Assembly: GCA_963823665.1 (NCBI GenBank)
Contig: CAWGMQ010000010.1
Coordinates: forward strand, 192,001 to 256,000
Reading direction: 5' to 3'
DNA length: 64,000 nt
Source: an uncultured Planctomycetota bacterium
Lineage (GTDB): Bacteria > Planctomycetota > Planctomycetia > Isosphaerales > Isosphaeraceae
In this document: positions 51,680-63,158 of the stretch, in pieces
How the letters are laid out: each line of letters opens with the position of its first letter
Position numbering within the stretch: position 1 is the stretch's first letter
The notes under the pieces: generated by a model
Told to the model about the DNA's origin: nothing
The model's database searches: none
Seen by the model: the letters and a program-made list of their open reading frames with translations, nothing else
Program-made: the position numbers and the translations under genes

Positions 51680-53346
51680 TCAGGGCGTTGCTGCAGGAAT
51701 CAGCCACGGCGCCACGAACGAGTAAAACGTCACGATCGCCCCAACCAGGCACGCCAGGGCGATGCTGTGCTTGATCACCGCCTTGAAGATCGCCGCTTCA
51801 TTGCCGACCTGATGCGTCGCCGTGCTCGAGACGACGATCGACTGCGCGTCGATCATCTTGCCCATCACCCCCCCGCTCGAGTTGGCCGAAGCCATGAGGA
51901 TCGGGCTCAAGCCCAGCCGCTCGGCCGTGACCTTTTGCAGGTTGCCGAACAGCGCGTTCGATCCGGCGTCCGTGCCGGTCAGCGCCACGCCCAGCCAGCC
52001 CAGAAGCGTGCCAAAGAAGGGAAACGCAGGGCCAGTGCGAGTCAGAGAGAGGCCCAGGATCGTATCCATTCCGGAATACCGCGTGATATACGCCAGGCCG
52101 ACCATGAAGCTGATCGCCAGCAGCGAGGGCACCAGACGCACGAGCGTTCGGACGAATGACAGAGCGATCCGGGCTGGACTCATGCCCAGCAGCAGCCCCG
52201 CGATCACGCCACTCAAGAAGACCGCCGTGCCCGGCACCGCGAACACATTCAGGTCGGCGATCGCCTCCTCGGGCGTTGCTTCCGGCACGACCGGCGGCAT
52301 GCGCAGAACACCTTGATGAAGATAGGGCACCGGTTGCTTCAGAGCCTGAAACGTCACCGCGCGGCTGATCTCGGGCCTCGCCCACAAGAAGATGAGAATC
52401 GACACCAGCAAAAACGGCGACCACCCCTTGATCACCGCGGAATACGAATGTTTGCGCGCCGTCGCTTGAACCCGTTCCGCCCGGACGGAAGTCAGCCGCT
52501 CTGATTCCGGAACGGCCGGACTTTCCATGCTGTTCCTCGGCCGCCAGAATTTCAGGAAGACCACCATCGTCAAAAGCGAGACCATCGCCGCGATGATGTC
52601 CACCAGCCCTGATTCCTGAAAGTTCGACCAGTAAAACTGCGTTGCCGCGAACGAGATTCCGCTGACGGCAAGCGCCGGCCAGACCTCGCGTGTCTGCCGC
52701 CAGCTCACCATGCTGCGCACCAGCCAGAGCGGCAGGATCGCCGAAACCGGCGGCAGGATGCGCCCGGTCATGGCGCTGAGCGATGCTTCGGAGAATCCGG
52801 TTACGCCCGACAGAACGCGGATCGGCGTGCCGACCGCGCCCCACGCGACTGGCGCCGTATTGGCGAGCAAGCAGAGCGTCGCGGCCTGAAACGGTTCGAA
52901 TCCCAGCCCGATCAGAAATGAGCCGGCGATCGCCACCGGCGCGCCTCCACCGCCAGTTCCCTCGAGAAACGCACCGAAGCAGAACGCCACCAGAATGAGC
53001 TGAATTCTCCTATCGGTCGAAAGGCCCGCGATCGACTCCTTCATGACCTGGAACTGCCCCGTCTCCACCGCCACTTGATACAGGAAGAGCGATGCAACGA
53101 TGATCCAGGCGATGCGGATGAGGCCGAAGACCGTTCCGTGCGCGCCGCGGAGGCCACCATGGCCACCGGCATTCGGAAGACCACAAGCGCGATGGCGAAA
53201 GCGACCACAAACCCCGCGAGCGCCGCCACCCAGACACGGGTCTTGAACACGATCAGTGATACGAACAGCGAAATCACGGGCAGCGCCGAGACGGCCGTCG
53301 AGAGCTGCCAGGCGCCGAGCGGGTCGTAGTTCTGCGGCCAGGCCAT
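51680..53346 (-). CDS. lctP: L-lactate permease; frameshift near 53140
   Basis: MAWPQNYDPLG, FGAFLEG, ANTAPVAWGAVGTP, GTDAGSNALFG.LQ, GKMIDAQSI. Confidence 0.9.
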
Positions 53347-53540
53347 GGTGCGAAGTTCCTGGGTCAGAGGAGGCACATCCGGTCCGACGTAACCGCTCTG
53401 TTGGTGGCGGGACTGCGGTCTCGCCGCAAGGCGTGACTTATTTCGAATTCTTGAACGCGCCGGTCGCCTCGCGGCCAGTATTCTACGGCGGGATGAACTA
53501 GAATACTGGAATCTCGCTCTTCCCTGAAAGGACCAGCCGA

Positions 53541-56237
53541 ATGGCGATGGGCTCGGCAAAGAGTGCCTTCCGGCAGATCCGGACGCTCTACGCGCTCGGT
53601 GCGCTCTGTGCCATGACCGACGCCCAGCTCCTGGCAATATTCCTCACCCACGGCGGAGATGATTCCGAGGATGCGTTCTCGGCTCTGGTCGACCGGCATG
53701 GTCCGATGGTACTGGCAGTCTGTCGCCGGATGCTGAAGAGCACGCACGATGCCGATGACGCCTTTCAGGCAACATTCTTCATTCTGGCTCGCCGCGCGGC
53801 GTCGCTCGCGCGGCGCGAGAAACTGGCAGGCTGGTTGCACGGCGTCGCGGTCCGCACCGCGAGCGAAGCGCGACGCCGGTCCGCGCGGCAGCGCAGGCGA
53901 GAGAGGCGGTCGATCGAAATGTCAAACGCTCAATCAACTCCGAGCGCCGATCAGGGCGATATCCTTCCGATCCTTGATGAGGAGCTCGCCCGACTGCCGC
54001 AGCGATTCCGGGCCGCGCTCGTGGCTTGCGAGCTACAGGGTAAATCACGACGTGAGGCGGCCCTCGAGCTCGGGCTTCCGGAGGGAACGCTCTCAGCCCA
54101 CCTCGCGCGGGGTCGAAAGCTGTTACGCGAGCGTCTGCTCCGCCGCAACGTCAGCCTTGGCAGCGGACCGGCCTCAGTCGTAACTCCCCCGCTCGCCCTT
54201 GCGACGATTCCGGAACAGCTCAAGTTCGCGACCCTCAAGGCGTCGCTGGAGTTTGCCGCCAGCAGCGGCGCTGCCGGGACGACTGCCGCCGTCGCAGCCG
54301 CCTCACTGGCCGAGCGCGTGCTGAAGACGATGGCCCTGAGCAAACTCTGCCTGGTCTGCGCGCTCGCGATGGCGGCCAGCGTCGCAGCCGCGTGCCTGGG
54401 AATGACGTTCGCACCGGCGGGCGGATCAATCGCCCAGAACCGGCCGGGGCCCGCTGACTTATCCGGTCGTGTCATCGACGCCACCGGCCGCACGGTCGCC
54501 GATGCGACGGTCTGGGCCGTGGTTGGCAACTTCGACGCGCGAGTGACGTTCGCCTCGGCAAAGACCGATGCCAGTGGCCGATTCATTTTCCCGAGAATCT
54601 GGGACCAGGAAGTCGTGAAGGCGGAGTCCGCGTCTGGCCGGCTCGGGTTGTTTGCCCGTGGCCCCGATGGCCAGGTCGGCTGGCTGGCAAAGGTCGACAA
54701 GGGCAATGCCGGCGAAGAGGAGCGCAACATCGGGATCACCGTCGGCCCCGTCGGGGATGTGCGTGGCCGGGTGATGAGCCGGAGCGGAAAGCCGATCAAG
54801 GGTGCACCCGTCACGCCGCTCTTCGTCTGCCGGCGAGGCGAATCGCGAATGGCCGATTCCTTCGCACTCGACCGGGACACGGCTGCTGCGTATCGCACCA
54901 CAACCGGCGAAGACGGGTCGTTCGTCCTCCGGAATATCCCGCGCGGCGCCTGCATTCAGGCAGCGGTTGACGCTCCTGGCGGGGGCTGGCTGCATTTCTT
55001 CTGGGATACGACTCAGCCGGTGACATTCACCTTCGACGATCGCACGGGTCGGATCGACGGTCGCATCGACCCACACGCCGCGGCTGCTTACCCGGGCCAG
55101 TTCTCAGTCTCTGCGCGATTCTCGGAATCAGCCGGCATTCGGGCTGGGGAATCGTATCGAACGTTGTTCGAGAAGATGGCAACCGTAGCCAACGATGGCT
55201 CGTTTCAGTTGGGCGCCCTGCCGCCGGGCCGGTACGACCTCGAGCTCAGATTTGGCCAGAGTCTTCCGTTCGAAGCGATTCCGGTCCAAAACCTCGTGGT
55301 CAGACCCGATGCTCCCGCCGAGGCTCAAATCACGCTCAATCGGCTATTCACCGTTACCGGCCGGGTCGTTGATGCCCAGACCGGCAGGGGGATCGCGCGG
55401 GTTCCTGTCCATTCCTATCGATTCGACACGCAGACGTACCACAAGGACGCGCGGTGGGCCGAGACCGACGCCGACGGGCGGTACACGATCATTTGCGCGC
55501 CGGGCCACATCAAGATCCTCCCGGATGCACTACCGAGCGAGCGTCTCGTTCCGAAATACAGCGACGCACCAGAGAAGCACTTGCAGTCGGACGAGGCCTG
55601 GCCTGATCTCAAGCTGGGCGCGGCGACTGGCTTGGACGGCATTGTCGTCGACCACAACGGGCAGCCGGTCGCCGGGGCCCATGTCTACATGATCGAGTCG
55701 ACCCGCGGAGGTCCCCGGCGGCAAAACGAGAGAGTGACGACCGGCGCCGGGGGCAGGTTCCACTTCGATCAGCTCGACCCGGACGACATGCTATCATTGT
55801 GGGCGCGGACCAACATTGCAGCTACTGACGGGGCGGTGAACGTCCGGCCCGGAGAGGCCCGAGGCGGGATCAGGCTCACGATCGATCCCAGAGTTTCCTG
55901 CGACGTCCGAGGCATGTTGGTCGACACGGCGGGCAAGCGGATCAAGGGCGCCACAGTTCAGTTGTGGTGGGGCCGGCAGTATAACACGGGGGACGGCATC
56001 AGGATCGAGCCGACCAGTCTGGAATCTTACGTGACCAAGGAAAACGGCTGGTTCGTTTTTCGTGGCCTCTGGCATGGGTATCATTACTCGGTCGAGGTTC
56101 TGGTCGACGGGCAGCGCCAGTGCCTGAAGCACCTGCTGGTCGACGCGGCCGAAGAGACTCGCGACGTTGGCAAGATCGTCGTCCCGAGCACGGAGTCGTC
56201 CCTCGACGATGCGCGTAGCGAGAACGGTGATCGTTAA
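53541..56237 (+). CDS. ECF sigma-70 factor fused through a TM helix to carboxypeptidase-regulatory-like (Ig-like) repeats
   Basis: LVDRHGPMVLAVCRR...DAFQATF...WLHGVA sigma2; LDEELARLP...GTLSAHLARGRKLLRERL sigma4; GRVxD..G.PV.GA repeats. Confidence 0.88.
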   Translation: MAMGSAKSAFRQIRTLYALGALCAMTDAQLLAIFLTHGGDDSEDAFSALVDRHGPMVLAVCRRMLKSTHDADDAFQATFFILARRAASLARREKLAGWLHGVAVRTASEARRRSARQRRRERRSIEMSNAQSTPSADQGDILPILDEELARLPQRFRAALVACELQGKSRREAALELGLPEGTLSAHLARGRKLLRERLLRRNVSLGSGPASVVTPPLALATIPEQLKFATLKASLEFAASSGAAGTTAAVAAASLAERVLKTMALSKLCLVCALAMAASVAAACLGMTFAPAGGSIAQNRPGPADLSGRVIDATGRTVADATVWAVVGNFDARVTFASAKTDASGRFIFPRIWDQEVVKAESASGRLGLFARGPDGQVGWLAKVDKGNAGEEERNIGITVGPVGDVRGRVMSRSGKPIKGAPVTPLFVCRRGESRMADSFALDRDTAAAYRTTTGEDGSFVLRNIPRGACIQAAVDAPGGGWLHFFWDTTQPVTFTFDDRTGRIDGRIDPHAAAAYPGQFSVSARFSESAGIRAGESYRTLFEKMATVANDGSFQLGALPPGRYDLELRFGQSLPFEAIPVQNLVVRPDAPAEAQITLNRLFTVTGRVVDAQTGRGIARVPVHSYRFDTQTYHKDARWAETDADGRYTIICAPGHIKILPDALPSERLVPKYSDAPEKHLQSDEAWPDLKLGAATGLDGIVVDHNGQPVAGAHVYMIESTRGGPRRQNERVTTGAGGRFHFDQLDPDDMLSLWARTNIAATDGAVNVRPGEARGGIRLTIDPRVSCDVRGMLVDTAGKRIKGATVQLWWGRQYNTGDGIRIEPTSLESYVTKENGWFVFRGLWHGYHYSVEVLVDGQRQCLKHLLVDAAEETRDVGKIVVPSTESSLDDARSENGDR

Positions 56238-56324
56238 GCCAGCCCTCCGATCTGGCGACCAGAGGCGACGGCGATGTAGGATTGCAGCATCCCACCGCGC
56301 TCCTCCGGAAGTCAAAGGCTGCTC

Positions 56325-59300
56325 ATGGAAAAATCAAATGTTGCGACCGTGAGCCTGATTTCTTTTTTTGCGTTGATCGCGGGCACCGCGGCCGTGGGCC
56401 CGGGTTTGATCGTGTTGGCAGCCGGAGGATCGAGTGTCCAGAGCAAGCCCGGGCCGAACGACCTCTCCGGCCGCGTTGTGGACGAGGCAGGCGCGGCCGT
56501 GGCGGATGGCGACGTCTGGGCTGTCGGCGGCCCATGGAGCGAGCGGGTGACGATTGCCACGGCGAAAACGGATAAGCAGGGCTCGTTCGTCCTGGCGAAT
56601 GTCTGGGAACGCGAAGCCGTGCAGGCGGCGATCGTGGCCGGCAACTTTGGGTTGTTTGCCCGCGCTCGAGACGGCCGGGTCGGCTGGCTCGCGCCCGTTG
56701 ATCGTCGCGGATCTGGACTTCGGGAGGGGGCGGCCGAGATCACCATTGGCGCCTCGGAGCAAGCCCACGGCCGTGTGGTTGACCACAGTGGCAAGCCGAT
56801 CAAAGGCGCGTTTGTGACGCCGGTCATGATCAACCGGAGGAGCCCGCCGGGAACGGACGATCTCTTCGTCTTGAACGCCGAGGCGATGGCCGCTTACCGA
56901 ACCGCAACCGCGGAGGACGGCTCGTTCGTGCTCAAGAGCTTCCCGAAAGGCGCGCGCCTTCAGGCGGCCGTCGAAACTCAGGCACTCGGCTGGCTGCACT
57001 TTCAATGGAACGTGAGCCAGCCGGTGACGCTCGCGTTTCATGATCACGTGGGGCAGATCAAGGGACGCATCAAGCTGCCGGATGCCGGCGGGTTTCCCGC
57101 CGGAGTCTCGGTTCTGGCGCAGCTCTCGGAACGATCGGCCGGACCGGCGACTGGCTCGTATCAAAGGTTGCATTCGAAAACGGTACCGGCCGCGAAAGAC
57201 GGCTCGTTCGAGCTGGACGGCTTGCCGCCGGGCCGTTATCAGCTTGACCTTGTCATCGACCAGAACGCTCCGATCGCCCAGGTGCGAGTCGAGCACGCCG
57301 ACGTGCGCCCGGACGCGGTCGCGGCGGTTGAGGTTGCCGCGGAACGACTCTTCTTGATCACGGGCCGCGTCATCGACGCGGCGACCGGACGCGGCGTCGC
57401 GGGGGTTCCGGTACGCTGCTATCGACCGGAGAGCGAGAAGTCGACCAACCAATCGCGGCTGGCGAAGACGGACGCCCAGGGGCGGTACACGATCGCTGCC
57501 TGGCCTGGTATGGTCACGATTGTGCCCGATCAGCTACCGCGCACGCATCTCGTTCCGAAATATCAGGAAATACCGGAGGAGCAGGTCCTGGCCGATCGCG
57601 CCTGGCCGGACCTCAATATGGCCAAAGCCAAGGATGTCGATGGCGTTGTCGTCGACGAGAAGGGGCAGCCGGTTGCCGGGGCTCAGGTGTACTTGTACCG
57701 GACGGCTGTCGCGGGGCTGAACGACCACGCCGAGACAGGTCCCGGAGGTGCTTTCCGCTTTGACCAGCTCGACGCCGACGAAACGGTGTCGCTATGGGCT
57801 CGGACCAGGATTGCGACGACCGACGGGGCAGTGAGCATCAGGCCAGGGAACCTCCAAGGCAAGCTCACGCTCACGATTGATCCGAGCTTCGCCTGCGCGA
57901 TCCGCGGCATGGCGACCGACACGGCGGGTGGCCGGATCGAGGGAGCGAGAGTCAGGCTCTGGTGGGGGCGCGGCGACGCGGCCAGCCAGATCCCGACGAT
58001 CCTGGATTCCTATGTGACCAGCACGAACGGATGGTTCATCTTCCGCGGTCTCTGGAAGGGATTTCGGTATTCGGCGGAGGTCGAGGCTTCGGGTCACACC
58101 ACGGCCGTAGCGCATACGATGCTCGCTGAAGCCAGAGAGACTCGCGACGTGGGCAAGGTCGTCCTGGCCAGCACACGCGGCCGTCTTGCCGGACGGGTCA
58201 TCGGCTCGGACGGCCAGCCGCTCGTCGGTGCGGCTGTATTCAACCGAGGTGACGGACCCGAGATTTCCAGGGCCATCACAGATTCCAACGGGAGTTTTCA
58301 GCTCGGCTTGCTCCGGGCGGGGACGAAATACGCCTTTGTTCGCGCGGATGGTTATCGTTTCACGGGCGTGAAATCGGACGGCGACGCCGATGCGATGCGG
58401 ATCATCATGCTCAAAATCACCGTGCCGCCGCCGCAGTGGAAGCCGGCCGCCGCACCCAACTTCGACGAGCAGCGAGCCTTTGCGAAGCAGATCCTTAGCA
58501 GGCTATGGGAGAAGTACGGCGCCAGAGCCGACGGCGACGGCGCACTCCCGCTGGTGTCGATCATGGCACGGATTGACCTGGAACTGGCCGCGAAGTGGTC
58601 GGCGGAGAAGGGGCACCGACACGACCGCCTGCTGCGCCTGGCCCGTGCGGAGAGAATGGCCGAGACCGATGCGCAGCGGGCAATCGGGTTGCTGACGAAT
58701 GATCGTGGCCGCGATGTGCAGGCATTCTTGCAGGCGATGGCCGTGCGGTTCAGGCCGACCGACAGAGCGAAGGCAGTCGTCTTCGCGGAGGAGGCGGCGG
58801 TACGTGCGCGCGAATTGCCGAAGAAGGAACAGGCGGCCGCGCTGGCGACGGCGGGTGCCGCGCTCGCGCGATTCGGCCGAGCGGAGGCCGGGCGCGCGCT
58901 GATCGCCCAGGCCGTTCTGGCCGCCGGCGAACTCGGCAATGAGGACATCGAGGCGCGCGATCGCGCAATCGTTGCCGGCGCGGTCGCGCCTGACGATCTG
59001 AAGCGGGCACTCGCCTTGATCGAGCCCATCCAGGCCGACGACAAGGACCGCTTCGTCGCGTACGTCGCGCGGGCCATCGCCAGGACCGACACGACCCGCG
59101 GCGTCGCTCTGGCTGACCTGATGAGCGGCGAGACGCCCGTCCCCGAGCGAGTCAAAACGGCGATCGCCTTCAGGATCGGAGCCGACCAGCCGGATGAGGC
59201 GATCAAAATCATCGAAGGCATGAAACGCGAACATCCCGGCCGATGGCGGGCCGAGGCGCTGGGCTGGCTGGCAGTGGCGCTTGAGCCGCGCGAGAAAGCA

Positions 59301-59868
59301 CGGGCTTTTGACCTGATCGACCGCGCGCTGGACATGCTGGTCGATGAATCGGGCACCGGTGCCGCGGCGACGAAATCGAGCGACGAGCGGATGATGGCCG
59401 CCGCGCACGTTGCCGCGCGCCCAGCAGATCGGCTACCCGGATATGGACAGCGTCGTGATGCGCGTGCTGGCGGCGCGGCCCGACGACGGGACGAGGGGTG
59501 CTCGTCGAGAGGTCCGGGTCATGGTGCTGGCGACGATATCCCTGGCACTCGTCGACCCCGGCGCGGCCCGCGACGTGCTCAACCAGCTCGAGAGCGAATT
59601 CGATCCCACCAAATTCACCGGCGCCCGGGCACCCTGGCTAACAGCTTGGTCTCTCCTCGACATCAAGAAAGCCGCGGCGGTTTTCGAGGCGCAGCTTGCC
59701 ACCGTGGAAACGGATCGGAACCCCGACTCACTGCTTCGCGGGTTCCTGAGCACGGCCGAGCTGTTAACAACTCCACCAATGCGCCGGGAAGATGTGCTGC
59801 AGGAGGGGCTGTACGGCGGATCCTGGCGGCCCGGTGAGGCGCTTGGATACAGGCTCGGAGACCGCTAA
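56325..59868 (+). CDS. Paralogue of the preceding gene's extracytoplasmic part, without sigma domain, with extra helical C-terminus; frameshift near 59420
   Basis: Colinear similarity (PGP.DLSGRV, WARTxIAxTDGAV, NGWFxFRGLW); Ala-rich helical repeat tail. Confidence 0.82.
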
Positions 59869-59889
59869 ATAACATCGCCACGGGCAGCG

Positions 59890-61260
59890 TCACGGCCGGA
59901 TGACGGTGCCGTCGCGCCGGCGGGTTGTGCCCCAGCGATAGTCGAAGCTGGGGCTTTCGGTCACCGGATACTTCGCGGCGAGCTTTTCATCGATGTCGAT
60001 GCCCAGACCCGGCGCTTCATTCGCATACATGTAACCCTCCTTGATCTCCGGACACCCCGGAAAGACCGCGCGAGTCTCGGGCGGAAAGGCGTTGCCTTCG
60101 TGAATTCCGAAGTTATAGCTGGCGAGCTCGAGCGCGAGCCCGGCCGCATGACCGACGGGCGAGCAGTCGCTCGGGCCGTGCCACGCGGTCTTGACGCCGA
60201 AGAATTCGCAGAGCGCGGCCACCTTGCGCGCCATCGACAGCCCGCCGATCTGGGAGATGTGAATGCGGATGTAGTCGATCAGCCGCTCGGCGATCAAGGG
60301 AACATATTCTTGTTGCGTATTGAATAGCTCGCCCATCGCTAGCGGGACGCTCGAATGCTGGCGAATGAGCCGGAAGTGGTCTTTCTCCTCGGGGGGCAGG
60401 GGGTCTTCCAGGAAGAACAGGTGATACTTCTCCAGCTCCTTGCACAGGCTGACCGCCTGGCTCGGCGAGATTCGCTCGTGAACGTCATGGAGCAGCTCCA
60501 CCTCCTCGCCGAGCGTGGTGCGGAGATGCTCGAAGAGTTTGGGAAGCATGCGCAGATAAGGCACCGGCTCCCAGATCGCTTTCGGCTCGGTGGGACCGCT
60601 CGCGCCCGGAGCGGAAGGCTCGGTTCGCCCCGTATCACCCGCGGCGCCGTAGGTCGCCATTCCCGGAACGCTCACCTGCACGCGGACATGTCGATACCCG
60701 CGCGCCATCGCCTGCCGCGCGCTGTCTTCAACTTCCTTGACGTCCCGCCCGCGCGCGTGCACGTAGCACGCGGCCCCAAAACGGCACTTGCCGCCGAGCA
60801 ATTGGTAGACCGGCATATTCGCACGCTTGCCCTTGATGTCCCACAGGGCCATGTCGACGCCGCTCATGGCATTGAAGAGCACCGGACCATTGCGCCAGTA
60901 CGAGCTGACGTACGATGACTGCCAGATATCCTCGATCTCATCGACGCTGCGCCCGGTGAGAAACGGCTTCAGGTATTTCTCGAGGGCCGTATGAACGGCG
61001 AATGCCCGTTGGGTGAACGTGGCACAACCCAGGCCATAGAGCCCGGGCTCACTCGTCAAGACCTTGACGATCACGAGCCTGGTGCGGTTGGGAGCGGTGA
61101 GGATCGTCTTGATGTCGGTGATCTTGAGCGGAGGAAGTCCGCGCTTTTGTTCCGTGCTCGGCTGGGCGGCCGCGGAGAGCGGAGCACTTCCCGAGAGCAG
61201 CGTCGCACAGCCGGCGGCAGCACCGGCTGACAAGAAGCCGAGGAGATTGCGCCGATCCAT
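59890..61260 (-). CDS. Tat-exported mannonate-dehydratase-like (ManD/RspA subgroup) enolase
   Basis: MDRRNLLG Tat motif; SSYWRNGPV, HDVHE, LEDP, MGE, WHGPSD.SP. Confidence 0.88.
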   Translation of the reverse strand: MDRRNLLGFLSAGAAAGCATLLSGSAPLSAAAQPSTEQKRGLPPLKITDIKTILTAPNRTRLVIVKVLTSEPGLYGLGCATFTQRAFAVHTALEKYLKPFLTGRSVDEIEDIWQSSYVSSYWRNGPVLFNAMSGVDMALWDIKGKRANMPVYQLLGGKCRFGAACYVHARGRDVKEVEDSARQAMARGYRHVRVQVSVPGMATYGAAGDTGRTEPSAPGASGPTEPKAIWEPVPYLRMLPKLFEHLRTTLGEEVELLHDVHERISPSQAVSLCKELEKYHLFFLEDPLPPEEKDHFRLIRQHSSVPLAMGELFNTQQEYVPLIAERLIDYIRIHISQIGGLSMARKVAALCEFFGVKTAWHGPSDCSPVGHAAGLALELASYNFGIHEGNAFPPETRAVFPGCPEIKEGYMYANEAPGLGIDIDEKLAAKYPVTESPSFDYRWGTTRRRDGTVIRP

Positions 61261-61484
61261 GATCGAGCTCCTTTGCGGTGGATGAAACGTGGTGTGAGGA
61301 CAACGGTGGGAACCGAGAGAATCGATTCGCGTGCAGCGTTCTTTGGGTGGCACTGGCACCGTCCTCAATCTAACGGCGCGACGGCACTCTTGACAGAGCC
61401 TTGCTCGGACTTGACGATATCTAAACGCGAGCTGGCTCACCTCCGGAGCCGCGACCACGGTCGTTGCCTTTTGTCGGTACTGTC

Positions 61485-61961
61485 ATGCGCTCTCGCCCCC
61501 GCCACATCCGACTCGATCGCACGAGCCTCGTGCTCGCGCTGGCCGTTGCTCTCCTGGCCGGCGGCGAGCACGTCCGCGCCGACTCGCTCTCATCCGGTCA
61601 GCGCGCAGAGGAAACTCACGCCAAGGTCTGCAAATGCGAGCGCTGCCACCGCGATTCGTGCTGCTGCGGGCGCTCGAGCGGCTCCCGGTCTCCGAGCGGC
61701 GAAAGCGGCGCGCCGGCTTCCGATCGAGAAAGCTCGCCCGGCGCAGGGAATTCCTGCCTCGTCGAAGCACCATGCGGCGACCCGGCTGTTCCCGGCTCTG
61801 CGCCGTCGGCGCCCTCTCTGCGGGTCGCAGCTCTCCCACACTTCTTTCATTTCCGTCCTGCGACGACGGGCGATCGGCTCGCCCCGCCGGATTCCTGCCG
61901 CGCGGCGACGGGTGAGTCGTCGCGCATTGACCGCCCGCCCAAACTGGGCCGTTCGGCCTGA
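61485..61961 (+). CDS. Cys-rich exported small protein with C-terminal RPP motif
   Basis: Hydrophobic leader LVLALAVALLAG; CKCERCHRDSCCC; CLVEAPC; ends RIDRPPK. Confidence 0.6.
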   Translation: MRSRPRHIRLDRTSLVLALAVALLAGGEHVRADSLSSGQRAEETHAKVCKCERCHRDSCCCGRSSGSRSPSGESGAPASDRESSPGAGNSCLVEAPCGDPAVPGSAPSAPSLRVAALPHFFHFRPATTGDRLAPPDSCRAATGESSRIDRPPKLGRSA

Positions 61962-62136
61962 TCTCTGACACCGCATCACGATACGCGTCTAGTGGTATGC
62001 GCCCGAGATCTCCTCTTGGGCGCCGCGCTGTCACGTCCTTTATCCGAGATCACGCCGGCGAGTGCGACCATAGCCCGTTCGGGCTTGCGTCGCGCGCGCC
62101 GCAGAACCGAGCGCCCCTGTAACGGAGTCATCCTTC

Positions 62137-63108
62137 ATGCATCCTCGTCGAGCGTTCACCCTGATCGAGCTGCTGGTGGTCATCGCCATCATCGCCGTCC
62201 TGATCGCATTGCTTCTGCCTGCCGTGCAGGCCGCGCGCGAGGCGGCGAGGCGTGCGTCCTGTATCAACAATTTGAAGCAGCTTGGGATTGCGCTGCACAA
62301 TTATCACGATGCGGTCGGGTCGTTCCCGCCGGGCTATCTCTCGCTCATGGATCCGGTCACGTTCGACAATGACGGCCCGGGCTGGGGCTGGGCGGCCCGG
62401 TCTCTGAATCAGATGGAGCAATCCTCGCTTTACAACAGCATCAACTTCGTGCTGGGTATTGAGTTCCCCGCCAACCAGACGTCTCGATTGACCGTGATTG
62501 CGTCGTTTCTCTGCCCGTCCGACGCCTGGATTCAGAACACGTTCACCGTTGTCGATTCAACGACCACCGGCACATCTCCCGGGGCTCCCATCTGTAATGT
62601 CGCGTCGTCGAACTATCTGGGGTCGGTGGGCAGCGGCGACCCTTCGAGCCTTTACCCGTATATCATCGACTCGGACGACGGCCCGCCGGGCCGAGACAAC
62701 GGCAACGGGATCTTCTTCCGGAATCATTCCGTAAATATCGCATCGGTGACAGATGGTACCAGCCAGACATTTATGGTGGGTGAGCGAAGCCAGAATCTTT
62801 CTCGAGGGAGCTGGACCGGCGCGGTGACGAATGCGGCCGTGCCACTGGTGAATCTGCAGGCAGAGGCCGGTCTCGACCCCGAGGGCGGCGGCGCGCTCGT
62901 CCTCTCGCACACCGGCGAGGGCCACGGCCCGAATTCCCCTTCCGGCCTGGCCCACGGCGACCAGTACTGGTCGCTCCATCCCGGCGGCGCCAACTTCCTG
63001 TTTGTCGACGGCAGCGTGCGGTTCATCAAGGAGCAAGTGGGCTTCTTCGTGTTTCAATCGCTGGCAACGCGCAACGGCGGTGAGGTGCTGTCATCGGATC
63101 AGTTTTGA
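62137..63108 (+). CDS. DUF1559 domain protein (prepilin-type N-terminus, H-X9-DG motif)
   Basis: [60 protein letters not shown]. Confidence 0.95.
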   Translation: MHPRRAFTLIELLVVIAIIAVLIALLLPAVQAAREAARRASCINNLKQLGIALHNYHDAVGSFPPGYLSLMDPVTFDNDGPGWGWAARSLNQMEQSSLYNSINFVLGIEFPANQTSRLTVIASFLCPSDAWIQNTFTVVDSTTTGTSPGAPICNVASSNYLGSVGSGDPSSLYPYIIDSDDGPPGRDNGNGIFFRNHSVNIASVTDGTSQTFMVGERSQNLSRGSWTGAVTNAAVPLVNLQAEAGLDPEGGGALVLSHTGEGHGPNSPSGLAHGDQYWSLHPGGANFLFVDGSVRFIKEQVGFFVFQSLATRNGGEVLSSDQF

Positions 63109-63158
63109 AGTGGCGGGACGCGCCCCGGTCGCTATGATGGCGCCCGGGAGGTTGCGCG

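Noticed and set aside
52890..52910. GGTTCGAATCC T-loop-like string suggesting a tRNA
   Set aside because: It lies inside the lactate permease CDS and has no cloverleaf.
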